Origin: Octopus bimaculoides | Taxonomy: Eukaryota | Length of the DNA stretch: 64,000 nucleotides | NCBI RefSeq assembly: GCF_001194135.2 | Contig: NC_068983.1 | Location: 134,563,383 to 134,627,382, forward strand | Direction of reading: 5' to 3' | In this document: positions 23,471 through 37,700 of the stretch, piece by piece | Position numbering within the stretch: position 1 is the stretch's first letter | Layout: each line of letters begins with the position of its first letter | Program-made: the position numbers and the translations under genes | The notes under the pieces: generated by a model | Database searches by the model: none | Seen by the model: the letters and a program-made list of their open reading frames with translations, nothing else | Told to the model about the DNA's origin: nothing

Positions 23471-25120
23471 ATTATCATTATTATTATTATTATATGAAAA
23501 CTCACAGCTTATTTTGCTGGGTATGATGGAAAGTGTCAGCTGTCCACAGCCAGCAGACTAAGGTGGCACTTGTTTACTGGTCATGCTTCAAGAAGCCTAC
23601 GAAGAATTCTTGCAGTTCCAAGCAATGCTGATTTTTGTAGGTGTTCTACCTTCACACTTGCACCGATCTTTTTCAGCCATGTTGGTTGTTGAGTGCTGAT
23701 ACTTCCAAGTCTGCTCTCTTCATTGACCACAACCTTCGTATTTCCCACTTTAAATCGTCGTAGTTGCTTATTTTTTCTTCTTCTTTCACATTGATCCTGT
23801 TGTCACCAGGGCATGTTATATCGATTTTCATACATGTTCTTTCTTTTTTATTCACCACAACAGTGTCTGGTTTCCGATGTCTGGTCAGGGGATTGCACTG
23901 GATCATTACATCCCACAAGATTTTGCAGTTCTCATTTTTGTTGACTCCTTCTGGGATTTGCTCATACCATATCTTTGTTCTTTGTTCTTGTAGTCTGTGA
24001 TTTCCACAGAGCTTCCAGTGGATCATTTTTCCACATTGTCGTGGTGTTGTTTGTACTCGCGTTGTGCCCCTCTCACCATACATTCTGTATTTGTCGCTAT
24101 CTGTAGTGTTGTCAATTCTGCTCTTCATATAATTGGTCCTTAACATTTGTTCCTGATCTGTGCATATGAGTGCTTCTGTCTCTATCTTCAGGTCACTCCT
24201 CGTCCATAGCCACCAGTCGTCTGTATCTGTCTTGGCATTCACATCTCTTGCAAACTGACCATACATTTTTTCCTTCCATGCTTTTTTCTTTTTTTGTTGT
24301 TGTTTATTTCTTGTTTAAATTTTTCTTTAGTTACACAATTTTCAGTTTTGATGATGCAAGCCTTCTTTGTGTGTTTCAACTGTGGTTCCATGTTTTCCTC
24401 TACTTCAATACAGTCCTGGCAACTGATCAAACCTCTCCCACCCTTTCTTCTGGACAAGTAGAGCCTATCAGTGTTACTCTTAGGGTGGAAGGCTCCATGT
24501 ACTGTCAATATTTTTCTGTTCTTGCTATCCATTTTCTTCATTTCTCTCTTTTGCCATTTTATAATTCCTGCTCCATACCAAAGTGATGCTATTGCCCACA
24601 TATTGACTGCTTGAATTTTATTCCATCCAGTCAATTTTGAGAGTGACACCAACCGCAGTCTTTGGAAATACTTCATCTTCAGTTGCTCTTTCATTTCCTT
24701 TTCCATTATCTCGTTGAACTCTAGTACACCAAGGTATTTGTATCCTTCTTTTTCAATTTGTTTAATCAGGTCTCTTTTCAGTAATTCTATCCCTGCTAGA
24801 AACTCTACCATGCCTCTTTTTATGTAAATTATTCTGCACTTCTTGAGTTCAAATCCCATTCTAATATCAGTACTAAATCAATGGACCGTGTTCACCAAGG
24901 AACTCACTTGTGTCTCATCTTTGCCATACAGTTTCAAATCATCCAAGAAGTGGAGGTGGTTGATTGTTTGGATTTTCCTTTAGTTGGTACCCCAGATTAA
25001 TTTTCCTGAGTACCAAGGTCAGGGGTATCATGCAGAGAACAAAAAGCAACAGAGATAGGCTGTCACCCTGGGAAATCCCTCTTCTGATACCCAGGGTGCC
25101 CAAGCTTTTTCTGTAAGATA
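23471..25120 (-). mobile_element. 5'-truncated, decayed R4/Dong-type non-LTR retrotransposon (RT plus restriction-like endonuclease) with (TAA)n 3' end
   Basis: RRGISQGDSLS, HFLDDLKLY, RLYLSRRKGGRGL, and KPDTVVV..IDITCPGD..KEEEKISNYDDL (PD-D-K endonuclease); ends at attattattatta on plus. Confidence 0.88.
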
Positions 25121-26094
25121 CTTCTCTGCCATCCATGATTCTCTTACAGTTTTGAGGACTGGGTTGGTATGACTATCATGCATCTCCCCAGGACATTGAA
25201 TTGAAATAAGAAACAAACCTAAAGCATGAATTTAATGTGACCAAAATAATTTTAAATACAATACACCAAAAAGGAATGATATTGAGTAATGTTAGAGTTT
25301 TTAATTCAAGTTATTAGTAATGTACAAAGTTTGCAAAGTGAAATTGATAATTGCTTTCAAGAATAATCTAATGTTTTCAGTAGGACTCTTCAGAGAACAT
25401 AATTTACCACATTAGGTGTTTCAAAGTATTTATACCTGCTTTCCTGTCTCTTGCACCTGAAAATTAAAATTCATATTTAATGCAAGAATGAAATGAAGAC
25501 AGGCACTTGCTCCTGTGTATATATATTTGTGTGTGACCTTTATTTTTAACCAAGGTTTACAGATATATATATTGGTAATCAAAATCCAACATTATCCATT
25601 TAGTCAAATCATGCATTTTAACATATTTAATAATGATTAGATATACATTGGCTGGTTGAAGTTATCTGGTAGAGTTGATTTTGTTTTGTATAGTGTGTGT
25701 GTGTGTGTGTGTTTGAACTGAGATTTAAAAAAAAATCCAACAAATTATTATTCAAAGATGTGGTAAATATGTACATTTTTTTCTTATTGAGGTACACACA
25801 AACACATTTGAAATTTTTATCCTATTAAATACTGGTGAGATATTAAAAATACCAAAAATTGGTGTTTGTATGTACGACTAGTCACTTTATACCCTCCCCC
25901 AGAACTTTTTCAAGTATCATAATAATCATCTTTAGAAAGAGTTTTAAAATAAATCATAAATAAATTTGACATAAATATGTTTAAATTGTGCAAGTATTGC
26001 TAATGAAAGATCCAAATTATTTTCCTTGGCACTTTCTTGATGAGATCAAGGACAAATGTGCTTAGAAAAATAAATTTGAATTAATATTGATTTT

Positions 26095-26390
26095 AAATTT
26101 TGGCACAAGGCCAGCAAGTTCGGGGGAGGGGATAAATTGATTACATCAACCCCAGTGTTCAACTGGTACTTATTTTATTCTTTTCTACTCTAGGCACAAG
26201 GCCCAAAATTTTTGGGGAAGGGGGCCAGTCGATTAGATTGATCTCAGTACACAATTGGTACTTATTTTATTGATGCTGAAAGGATGAAAGGCAAAGTCAA
26301 CCTTGGTGGCATTTGAACCTAGAAATGAACAAAATGCTGCTAGGCATTTTGCCTGGCATGCTAACAGTTCTACCAGCTTGCCGCCTTAAA
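26095..26390 (-). mobile_element. Two tandem SINE pieces with a Nin/Deu-like core
   Basis: Minus strand contains gactttgcctttcatcctttc...ataaaataagtacc and a tRNA-like head; the domain name is from recall. Confidence 0.65.
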
Positions 26391-28879
26391 AATTGGAATT
26401 AATATTAGTTAAAGGAAGTTGTAAAAAACAAACATCTACTATATATATACTGGATAAATGTTTGTAAGGAGTGAAATGAGTTTATAAGTCTGGTAATTGG
26501 CTGGGAGTCTGTAATGTTATATAAAAGAATCCTCTTCATTTTTTTTGGTCAAGAAACCAAGCTATTGCAGGCCCCCAGAAGAATCAGCACCCACTCCTCA
26601 TATCTAGGTACTCTCAAGTCCTATAGAGTAACTGATCTGCCAGACAACTAAAAAAAGAGTGCCTGCAGCAGATGTTAAATCACAACCCATTGGTTGTTTA
26701 TTGTTTACAATATTCACTAGTTTAATTTGTGTCTGTCTTAGATTACTTTTGACAAGGTACATAGTCTTTGTATTTTAGTTGACAAGTAATTGTGAGTTAG
26801 TGGCATTCATACCTTTCTTGAGTAACATACATAACTTCACTGATTACAACCATGTAGTTTTATCTTACTGAGCACTTACTTCCATAATACTCACTATTTG
26901 CCTTTTATATTAAAATAAAATCTAGTTGCAAAGAAATAACAAAGTAAACATGTTTCTCTTCCCACTCTTAACATTCCAAGGCTAAAAAGGAAATATTAAG
27001 TCATTGCTATATTAACTTAGTGTATTTATAACAGAGACATATTACTATGCTGTATTGGATTTATGTTTTATAAAAAATAAAACAAACGAAAAAGATTGCT
27101 TTAAAATTTTGTTTTGCCCAGAGCAAGTCAGATAAAGCATATTGACACTCAGACCTTGCATTTTTGCTTCTTTATTTTATAAGTGGCATGATGATGTTCC
27201 TATGAACTGGTTTAACCTTAGGACTAAATAGATGTATATGTTTTATATATTATATAAGACTCACTCCTAAAAAGACTGGTTTTATTACCACCTCCATAGA
27301 ATTCTTTAAAAAAGGAAGGCAGACTGGTCTTGTAAGAGTCAATGCTAATTATAAAACATATTTTCTTTTATGCGTTGAATATTTTGCCTTGTATTTTGGT
27401 GTTTTCCAAGTTTTTGTTTTCTATTAGAAACATATAATACCAAAAACCATCAAAACTTGGTTTGTATAGAAATTAAGAAGAAAAGGTGGAAAACAACAAT
27501 AAACAAAAAAGTTTCAAAAAGCCAATATTTAGAGTAGGGGCTTTTCTTTTACGTTCTTATGGTTATGAGATAATGGGTAGAGTACGTCATATAGACTAGG
27601 GGGAATAACTTTGCCTGTTTAATTTCTTAGTAAAAATGTATATACATTTTAATTCTATAATTAATCTTAATTTTAAAATATTTATTAAGCATGGCTTAAA
27701 ACCAGTCTATATTTGAATTTTTATCATACAAACAATACGGATTATCCTGAATCTCATCTATTCTACAAACATACAATGCAATAACTTAGTGGAATTTAGA
27801 CTTCATATAATTTAAAATATTAAAAAAAAAGATGATTATTAAAGAAGTATATATGTGTGTGTGTGTGTGTGTATGTATGTAAATACATTCTTTGTTGAGA
27901 CATATCAGAATGACTTGTCTTATAGATGGTGCTGTATAAAAATTATCAATATTAAGAAAAAATTGATTTTTTTTGTAATTTAAGATATGTCAATATATAA
28001 CAAATGTTTTAAATAACTGCAGAAAATAATACTTGCTTAATTGTTTATATCAAATTTCCATAAATTATTCATTATACAATATTTAAAGAGGAAATGCTAT
28101 ACATGTATCCAGGTACTGAATATATCTGTATGATTTCAACACCCATCACATCTTGGAATGGAGTATATTGGCTAAAGAAAAGACATTGGTAACAGAATGT
28201 TCTGTGACTTATGTATGGATAAAACAATAGAGATTCTATTTGCAAAAAGACCCACTGATAAATAAGAGCTTGCAAATCAGTGCATGTAACGATAAAATAT
28301 ATTGAACATATATGTATTATCAGCCAATTTTGTACCCTGGTGACACAGGCATATGAACTTGAAATTTTCTAGATTCATAACTTGATTACTTTAAGATAAT
28401 TATTATTATTTTGTTGATTACTTTCATCAGATATTAGCTTGTCAGTAACAATCATAAAAAAACTGAACTTGGCTTAATAACAAACATATAACTTGATTGG
28501 TTATTTGTAACTGTTTTAAAGACATAATTATTTTTTTAAGATTACATCTAAATAATAATGGAAATTATACATTTTTTCACAAGGGTTGTTTTACATTATA
28601 ATTATTTAAAGTTAGGTAATAAGTTAAGAATTACATTATGGAATACTTAGATTGTAAAACATTTCTGCATATAATTGCATAAACAATAGGTTTGGTTTAT
28701 TTATATTATATAGCGAGTTATACTATAAATTGAGGTTTGAGAGGGAATATGACTGCTAGGAATTTGATCCTACCCACATATACTATATAACAATGTGTAA
28801 CAAAATGTTTATTTTATTTATTTTTGTCTTTGGTTAGTAAGTGTTATTTCCTATTTGCTTCTATCTACAAATCAAAGGA

Positions 28880-29160
28880 AATGACTACTATTCCCTTGAA
28901 ATTTTGCCTTTGTGACCTGGACATCAATGTCTTGAAACTGACCTATTTTCCATTACATTTCAGACAGTTTCAGCACCAAGATGCTGAAGCAGAAATATTA
29001 TAGAAAATTTTGTGCTTAATACCACAGATTTGCTTGATCTCAACCACTTGAGCCTGTCTCTTAGTGGCTGACAATATGGGCATCTCTGATGATGAGCAGG
29101 GGTAGTATCATAGCCATGTGCTGAGGGGGATTCTTTGGGGTTTGAAAAATGAAACAAAAG
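28880..29160. mobile_element. Interspersed repeat fragment homologous to 57530-57950
   Basis: Shared aaccacttgagc(c/a)tgtc...catagccatgtg...attcttt(g/a)g(g/a)gtttga motif. Confidence 0.55.
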
Positions 29161-29734
29161 CAAAATTTGAAGGAAATATTAATCATTTTTCATACTTTCT
29201 AGGGATAAGCAAATAGCAAATAACAGTTGCTACCCAAGGATAAAATTCCTGTTACATAATGTAATAAAAGTTATTTCTCTACTACCATTATAACAGGAAA
29301 GGTTCACTATAATAGTAAATATCACCTTACCTTTGCTTAGGAAAAATAGCTTCATTGTAGTTTTTAATAGGATGCACTGCAAAAAATATCACTATTAATT
29401 TGTGAATGCTTTTTTTTTATGTTAGGTTGTAAACACTAATGACAACTAAATAGAACCAAGAGAAATTTATTTAAAAATGCTATTGTTTCTATTTTTATGC
29501 ATTTATTTATTCATCTTCATAAGATTAAATGTGTTCAATTATGTCTTTGTTGCATAGTTAAGGTTGTTGAAAGCATAACACTCAAACTTGTTAAAAGTAT
29601 AACACCACTTGAATACATGAATATTCTAACAAATAGAATAATGTAGATTGTTATTAAATTAGATGTATAAGACAGTTCTGAAGACAATTAATTTTTGTAG
29701 TCATGGAAATGGATATTTCCTATAAAACTTGTTG

Positions 29735-30096
29735 CTGTGTGGTAAGTAGCTTGCTTACCAACCACATGGTTCTGGGTTCAGTCTCACTGCGTGGCACCTT
29801 AGGCAAGTGTCTTCTACTATAGCCTTGGGCTGACCAAAGCCTTGTGAGTGGATTTGGTAGATGGAAAGAAGCCTGTCATATATATGTATATATATATGTG
29901 TGTGTCTGTGTTTGTCCCCCCAACATCGCTTGACAACCGATACTGGTGTGTTTACATCCTCGTAATTTAGCGGTTCGGCAAAAGAGACTGATAGAATAAG
30001 TACTAGGTTTACAAAGAATAAGTCCTGGGGTTTATTTGCTCGACTAAAGGCGGTGCTCCAGCATGGCTGCAGTCAAATGACTGAAACAAGTAAAAA
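29735..30096 (+). mobile_element. tRNA-derived SINE, near full length
   Basis: A-box-like tggtaagtagcttg, B-box-like gggttcagtctc, internal (TA)/(TG) run, 3' end cagtcaaatgactgaaacaagtaaaaaag. Confidence 0.8.
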
Positions 30097-31814
30097 AGCA
30101 TAAGGTGAATATATATATATATATATATATATATTATGATTTTGAGACTGGTTTATTTTTGTAATAATTTTTTTTCTCTTTTAGATATTTTTATAATGAG
30201 GAATTACCAAGAATTTACTGTATAAATACTAAATATCCTATATAGTCACACTTTCAATAGTTTTTTTTTTTAGAACATATATATGTAGGTATGCAATTTT
30301 TTCTAGAAGTTTTATAAATTTAGAATATTTTATAAGGACACCTCTTATGAAAATAAGTTGCTCAACATGTTAGCTAAAATGTATTTACATACACTTTCTG
30401 AAAAATAAGCACTATTCTTCTCAATTGCATTTGCTATTTATTGGCTATAAATAATTATTATTATTCAAGATACTGGTTTGGTATATTTTCGATTATTTAT
30501 AATCTAGGCTTGATGTCACTTGATTTCGCTTTAGCCTATAAATATTTATTTTTAGCCAATTCAAAGAATTTATTTGCTTTGCAGTAATATTTTATTTCTG
30601 ATATAAAAACCATAAATCACATGACATAATTTCCTTATGAAGAACAACATAGGAGCAACGCTTATTAATTCACTTGTTGAAATATTTTTTTAAAAAATTT
30701 GTTTTGGCTATTTTCTGTTAATTTGAAAATGTGTAAATAAAGCAATTAACATTTGGCTTTGATAGCATTGTGCTCCATGAGGAGAATTCAAGCGAGAATT
30801 TGAAATGTTTGATTTATTTGTAGAGCTAATAAAAATAAAATCTATATTACAATATTATTAAGTACTTTATAGAACAGTGGTTGTTTTAGTTATATAACAA
30901 ATATTTCTATGTATATACATTTAATTAGTATGTATAAGTTTTCATTTATAAGAGTAATATTGTGATGTTCAGGCTTAAACAATGAAGTTGACTACAACCA
31001 GGAATTAAAACTTATTTACTGACTCATGAAGAGATTCTCTTTATCATTTTTTATCCCCCAAAATGGCAAAATATATAAAATTTAAAGAAATGAAGCAGTG
31101 ATATATCAGTTTTAGATTACCTTAAGCACCAGTCTTTTGCATTTACCTAAATACGAGTCATTATCTAATTAAAAACTAATCTTGGTGACTATCTTGACAA
31201 AGGAGCTACAATTTGACAATGGTTTCCCTGTTACATTCTTCACACCTAGGAAGACTTGAACTCAGTGCTGCAAGTTAAAAACCATTCATAGTGCTTCTGC
31301 TGCATACAGCAATGAGATGTAGCTATACAGCATACACACACCTAGGGGAACAAGATCAGCAAAAGTTAACTGTTTAAAGCATGCACAGTTGGTTTGATGC
31401 AATAAAAAAAAAAAATCATTGGCTCCACAGGCTGACCTTACTTACTATCAACTTTTAAGTCCTGAATTTACCTCTAAGATTCTTAATTGTCCCTTTCTTA
31501 TGATCCAATCAACATGTAGCAGAGATGGAAGAATATCAAGAAGAGGCAATATTTTAGAAACTTGACTAAACACAATTAGAATAGATTTTTCACCATCACA
31601 GTTTCTTATGTTAACCACCACCGAGAAATGTTTTGTATAAGAGCAAAACAAATGATTTCAAATATAAATTTATGGTACAAGGCTACATCTCATTGCTGTA
31701 TTTATGAGGTGATTTAATTCAGAACACAGAGATAAATGTAAATGTTTCACCCAATTCTCCCACATCATATCTTGCAAATAAATTAGGGGAAGAGTGACAC
31801 AATGACAGATGACA

Positions 31815-31970
31815 AGTGGTGTTAGGAAGGGCATCCAGCTGTAGAAACTCTGCCAAATCAGATTGGAGCCTGGTGTAGCCATCTGGTTCACCAGTCCTCA
31901 GTCAAATCGTCCAACCCATGCTAGCATGGAAAGCGGACGTTAAACTATGATGATGATGATGATGATGATG
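31815..31970 (+). mobile_element. Young RTE 3'-tail copy with (GAT)n
   Basis: Near-identical to 3720-3873. Confidence 0.85.
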
Positions 31971-32039
31971 CTAAAAATTCCATGATTGCTTCTCCAACAT
32001 TAATGAAGGCTATGGTTTGAAAATTGAACAGGAATCAAA

Positions 32040-33090
32040 GATCCTGGAGTTCTGTGATGCAAATAATTTAACAATTTACAACACAGACAAATCTGTGGAT
32101 GATGTAATGTTCCAGACAGGCATTTTGTGGAATAGTACTGTAGACAATGATAAAAGCTAAGAGATAGATTTGGAAAGACTTGAAGAAAATGGGGCAGTGA
32201 AGAAGAAAATGGAATAGCTTGAAGGCAAGTTAAACATCAAGTATGTTCAGTCAGGAAAGAAGCTGTGAGCTATTAGCACATGATCTGCAATGTAAGAGAT
32301 CAGAGATATAGGCTGCTCCAGACAGCAAGGTTGTGTGAGAAAATTGTATATAGAATAATAGTGCCCTACTTGCCCTCACTAAAGCCAAAAAGAAACATTC
32401 ATAAAAAGGCTATTATGAATGAGTAGAATGCATGGGGGAAGGGCATGTCTCAAATAAACCCAACAGAGACACCAGGTGTTCATGCTTACATCAGTAGTCA
32501 AAAGTGCAATTAATACTGGTGGTAGGGAAGGAGGAAGACCATCAGGAGTACTTAATGAAGTAATCAGGCTTGAGAGAAAGGTGTTGCACCAATGAGTGGC
32601 ATAGCAGAGCAAGGAAATACTTTAGAAGAAAAAAGAAACTACTTCTGAGGCATCAGATTGATAGAGTAGGTTATGAAAATTACTGATTTGGGTGAGAATT
32701 ATCTTAATTGCAATGCAGTTTGGGTTTATGCCAACAGTACTACTACCAATGACCTCTTCCAAGTGAAACAGCTACTGAAGTACATAGTTATGAGTATGCA
32801 ACCTGAAGGCTTTTGTCTGGTAGTCAAACATGGGTTATGAATGTAGGGAATTTGCAAAGGCTGGAAAAAAAATAAGGCAAGCATGCTCCACTGGATGGAG
32901 AATGTTAGAGCATGTAGAGTACTGGAAGTGAATGGAATCTATGGAAGGAGGCCAGGGAAGATATTAGATAAGGAGCAAAAATTGCTCTCAAGAAAGTGAA
33001 CTACATGAAAATGATGACCAAAGATGGCAACTTGTGGTGAAGCACTGTGATAGAGAACTATGTAACCATGGAAAAATGGATTTAAAAATG
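32040..33090 (+). mobile_element. Heavily decayed RTE LINE (endonuclease-end and C-terminal remnants)
   Basis: EFCDANNLTI-like start and later aggcaagcatgctccactggatg (ASMLHWM) and ggaaggaggccagggaaga remnants. Confidence 0.55.
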
Positions 33091-33707
33091 GTGAAGAAGA
33101 CTGGTACATATAATATATACATTTGATGCTCTCTTTACTATTGCTTATATTAAGTCTCCATTATTTGCAACTATCCCTATTACTACTCTTGTATTTACTT
33201 GTGTATGAGATGGCATCATATTGGATTCATTTACTAGCTGTTGCTTTTTTTCCTATCATTCTTCATTCCAACTCTCGTTATCACCTGTCTTTATTATTGT
33301 CCATCACTCATTCATTATGGATATTACTGTCTTCTATCTTCCCCATCACAAGGCTCGTTTGTAGTGAATCCTCTTGATCAATAATCCTATGTAGCCATCT
33401 ACCACTCTCTCTCTCTCTCTCTCCTGTTGTCTGCCACAGATAAAACAGGTCTCTGATGCTAGAGAACAGAGACTACAGGGCATAGAGGGGATTATTTAGT
33501 CTTGCAAAAATAAAGTAACCTCTTCAGTGCTAGTGTTACAATAATGTGACCCTAGTACACTTTGTAATGGTGTTTGGAAGGGCTTATATCTGCAGAAACC
33601 ATGTCAAAATTACAGTGTATGAGTAGGACATGGTCCCTGATGACTTGTCCAATCCCATGCCGGTATGGGAGAGCATACATAAAATAATGAAGAAACTATA
33701 TATATAT

Positions 33708-34180
33708 CATCATCGTTTAACGTCCGCTTTCCATGCTAGCATGGGTTGGACGATTTGACCGAGGACTGGTGAACCAGGTCGCTACACCAGGCTCCAATCT
33801 GATTTGGCAGAGTTTCTACAGCTGGATGCCCTTACTAACGCCAACCACTCAGAGAGTGTAGTGGGTGCTTTTACGTGCAACCGGCATGAAGGCCAATCAG
33901 GCAGTACTGGTAATGGCCACACTTGAAATGGTTTATTTTATGTGCCACCTGCACAGGAGCCAGTCCAGTGGCACTGGTAACGATCTCGCTCGAATGTCTT
34001 TTCATGTGCCAGGAAGGCAACGTTGGTAACGATCACACTCAAATGGTGCTATTTACATGCCACCGGCACAGAAGCCAGACAGCTGCTCTGGCAACGATCA
34101 CGCTCGGACGGTGCTTTTAGTGCTTCACTGGTACAGGTGCCATCACGATTTCGTTTTTGCTTGCCCCAACAGGTCTTCGC
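33708..34180 (-). mobile_element. Young RTE 3' UTR copy, minus orientation
   Basis: catcatcgtttaacgtccgctttccatgctagcatgggttgg is the reverse complement of the tail; includes hairpin modules. Confidence 0.85.
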
Positions 34181-34329
34181 ATTCCATAATGGTTACTCCT
34201 AAAGAGCACAAGGTTACATAATCAGACTGTTACTTAACACTCTGTTGAACCCTTAGCGTGAAACCAATTGGTAAGATCAGCTGTAATGGATATATAATAC
34301 TGTACTCTTCAAGTAATATATAAATTTAC

Positions 34330-34620
34330 AGTGAAGGTGCATGGCTTAATGGTTAGGGTATTTGGCTAAGGATTGTAAGATCACGAGTTCAATTCTTGGC
34401 AGCACATTAAGTCCTTGAACAAGATGTTTTATTTTATGTTGCTCCAGTTCACTCAGCTGGCAAAAATGAATTGTACCTGTATTTCAAAGAACCAGCCTTG
34501 TCACATTCTGTGTCACAATGAATATCACAGAGAACTATGTAGAGTGCTCAGCCATTTGCATGTTAATTTCAAGACCAGGCTATTCTGTTGATCAGATCAA
34601 CTGGAACCCTTATCCTCAAA
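34330..34620 (+). mobile_element. tRNA-derived SINE, different family
   Basis: tggcttaatggttagggt A-box-like, gagttcaattc B-box-like, gtccttgaacaagatgttt core. Confidence 0.65.
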
Positions 34621-34734
34621 ACCAACACAATATCAGTATATATATATATCATATACATACAAGATGTATATATGCAAGTCAATACAAAGTAGACAATATA
34701 CACAATACATTATAACTGTCGAGTCAAAATGTAT

Positions 34735-34740
34735 TTTATT
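34735..34740 (-). terminator. Candidate distal polyadenylation signal of PTDSS1
   Basis: AATAAA on minus followed by GT-rich tgtattgtgtatattg at about 34695-34710. Confidence 0.35.
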
Positions 34741-37700
34741 AACTAAATTATAGCTGATTTTCCTGCGTCTCTTCAAAGGTAAAAATGATTTTTATTTTGC
34801 ATTTTGAGGAGAGAAAGAGAAATATTTCAACAACTACAATTATCAGGCATCACCTTGTTATAAAATGTGTGTGATGCTGTATTTGTTCAAGAAAAAAGCA
34901 TACAGATACAAATTAAGTATTCTTCAGGAAGTGAAGTGTGTTTATTTAGTGACTAGAGTATATATATCTGGTCTGGTTAAAGAATCAGAGGCTAGCTGAG
35001 AGCAGATTCAGTAGGAATTGAAACAGAATTTGTTGTAAACTAGTCACCAAATAAGGGACACACAATTTTATATTATTACATGTGGAGCAACTGATAGAAA
35101 CATTAAAAAAAATTGAATACCTTACAGTATTTGTAATCTAAAGGGGCACTGCTTTACAAATCAATATTACAAGTAGATCACCTGGTTAAACTTATCAAAC
35201 ATGAGTAAGCAAATTCACTACTTTACATTCACATACACACACAAATATATGTATGTATGAAATAAACGTATAAAACACAACCTGGTAGCTTCTATCAGGC
35301 TTTCAGTCGTGAGCAGTTCCAGACACTTTCACCTTTGAGAGAAAAACATTGAGGCTTCATCAGTTGTTTGTTGGGACTTGTTTTCTGTTGAGTAGACAAG
35401 AGGAATATGGAGTAAAGTACCTTGCTCAAGGACACAATCGAACCCATGAGGTCTGTTCACATACGCTTTTCTGTGCTGGCATGGGTTGGTTAGGTTTTCT
35501 AATGTGGGTTTATGGCTAAATGCCCCATCCTCTTCTTTCCAACTTCTTTTTAGTTGCCTCTTAAAACCTGCAGAAACATGGGTGCACCTATTCTAAAATT
35601 GGAATTTATATACACAAATACATAAACACTACTGGTTTTAGTCAGTGAACTGTAGCTTACAAATATATATACATATATATATATATACATACGCACACAC
35701 ACAGTAATATATTTTGATATCTAATATCAAGGGTGAACTGTTTACTTCGAACTTTTGCTAAAAATAAAGAATATTTTGACAACAACTGGTATTGGGTCTT
35801 TTATTCAGTGCATGTTTAGTGTACTCAAGTACACAAACTTACAAAAAGGGTTTTATATATGATTGTATGTATGTAGACACACACACACACAATGTTTATA
35901 TTTTGCACATTTTTAATAAGTACCAATTTGTTTAAACAAAGAAAAAACAAAGCAAAGCAAAAATATTTGTAGATAACATTCAGTGAATCAAGGACTGTGA
36001 ATCTTCTATCAGTAATCTTAGTAGAACGCCTCATAAGGAACAGGAACAGAATTGCCAAGGCAAGAATAAGGCAAAATAATTTTATGTTCTAGAACATACT
36101 TCTAAAGGAACATTTGTTTTTAGAGAAGAAAAAAGAAAAAGTCGAGGGATGAGATTTTTCTTTGACTTAGATCTAAACCAATTTTCAAGAGAAGTGTAAC
36201 TGGTAACAATGACATATTTCCCTCAGTATATTACCGATTTTAATAACTGTTAAATTATGAAAGCTAATCTCAGATATTGAATTCAATTCACTGAAGCCTA
36301 AGATATTTTATTTAGCTCACTATTTACTAAGAAAATCAAGGAAAAGTATAAAAAAAACAAACTAAATGAAATTATAATAAGACTGATACGAAAGTTACAT
36401 TATATGAATGCTTTTTAAAATTTTTGTTTTCTTTTTTAACAACAAGTGTTGTATATTTCTACCATTTTATTTTTTGCATTGGGAAACAAAGGTAGTCATA
36501 AGTATTGACTTTTAGATTATCAGTGAAAGCCAACAGTTCATATCCCATTAAGAGCAGCAATGTGTTGTCTTCATAGTGACAACATATGTTCAGTCATTGA
36601 ATATCATGATCTATCAAGCATAAAATCACTGCTTGAAAAATGGGAAAACTGTTATTAACAGGTGTTTAATTAACTTGCAGTGTTCAGTTCATGTCCTCCA
36701 CTGATCCGGGAGTAGGAAATGGAGAAACCAACTTCATTTTCTTCTTTAATAGAATCTCACAAATTTCAATCTCACACCTAACACATCTAAGGAAGAAAAT
36801 AGCAATTGAGATTTGTTGCTCTAAACTAGATCTGGTAAAAACTAACCAGAGTGGTGAGAAAAATAAGTGCCAAATGAGGAATTTCCACTAGTTTAGAAAT
36901 TGTGCAACTAAAGTTTCTACTTTAAACTTGAAGTTACATTATGATGCTACTGTGTCTGTAGATTTAGCAATGAAAAAAGAAAAGAACAAATATAAATTAG
37001 ATTAAGGACTTTGTTTTAATGTTTATAAATGACAACAGAAGGGGAACTAAAGAAATTTGAGACAGTCTGTTTACAATCACCATGACATTTCTGTATTTAT
37101 TAATTTTTTTTTTGTAAAAGACTAACATAAAATTAAAACAAGATATATTTATGTATAAAGTGAAATATTTGCAACCTTCTCCTCCCCAATGCCAGTAATG
37201 GATAAATATGCAACAAATACAATCAGTTATGTAAGTGGTTACCCATTTATTTGTAGCCAGCAGTACATTAACTATTAAGTGCACTAGATGCAATTTTTTT
37301 CTGAAAGTCTCCAGTCATCGAACCACCATTGGATGGGAGTAAAAAACCCTCAGGTTCCAATGGAACTATATTTCAAATAAAATGCAAATTGCTCTACTAG
37401 ACATGCCTGAGGCATTGTGCCTCATGGATAACTTCTTAGAAGTTTCAAATCCCAAGTCAATTCAAGTTGAAGCCAGCCTGACATTTCAACCTGAATTGCA
37501 ACATTGAACTTCTATTGGAGCAACCACAACAACAGAAACTTCCTTTAACAGACAGACAATCATAATTAAGAAGAAATATAAAACTGACATTCTTTAAATA
37601 TCTTTAATCTTATGTATAAATGTGTGTCTGTATGTCAGCTTCTTGATGTGATAGGATGTTGAACTCAACTGAGGCAACTATTCCAGTCAAGTCATTGTGC

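Noticed and set aside
29735-29810. tRNA gene
   Set aside because: A- and B-box-like motifs are the head of a multicopy SINE; no intact cloverleaf was seen.
31448-31651. Minus-strand ORF with a donor-like GAG/gtaaat
   Set aside because: No recognisable homology and no partner exons.
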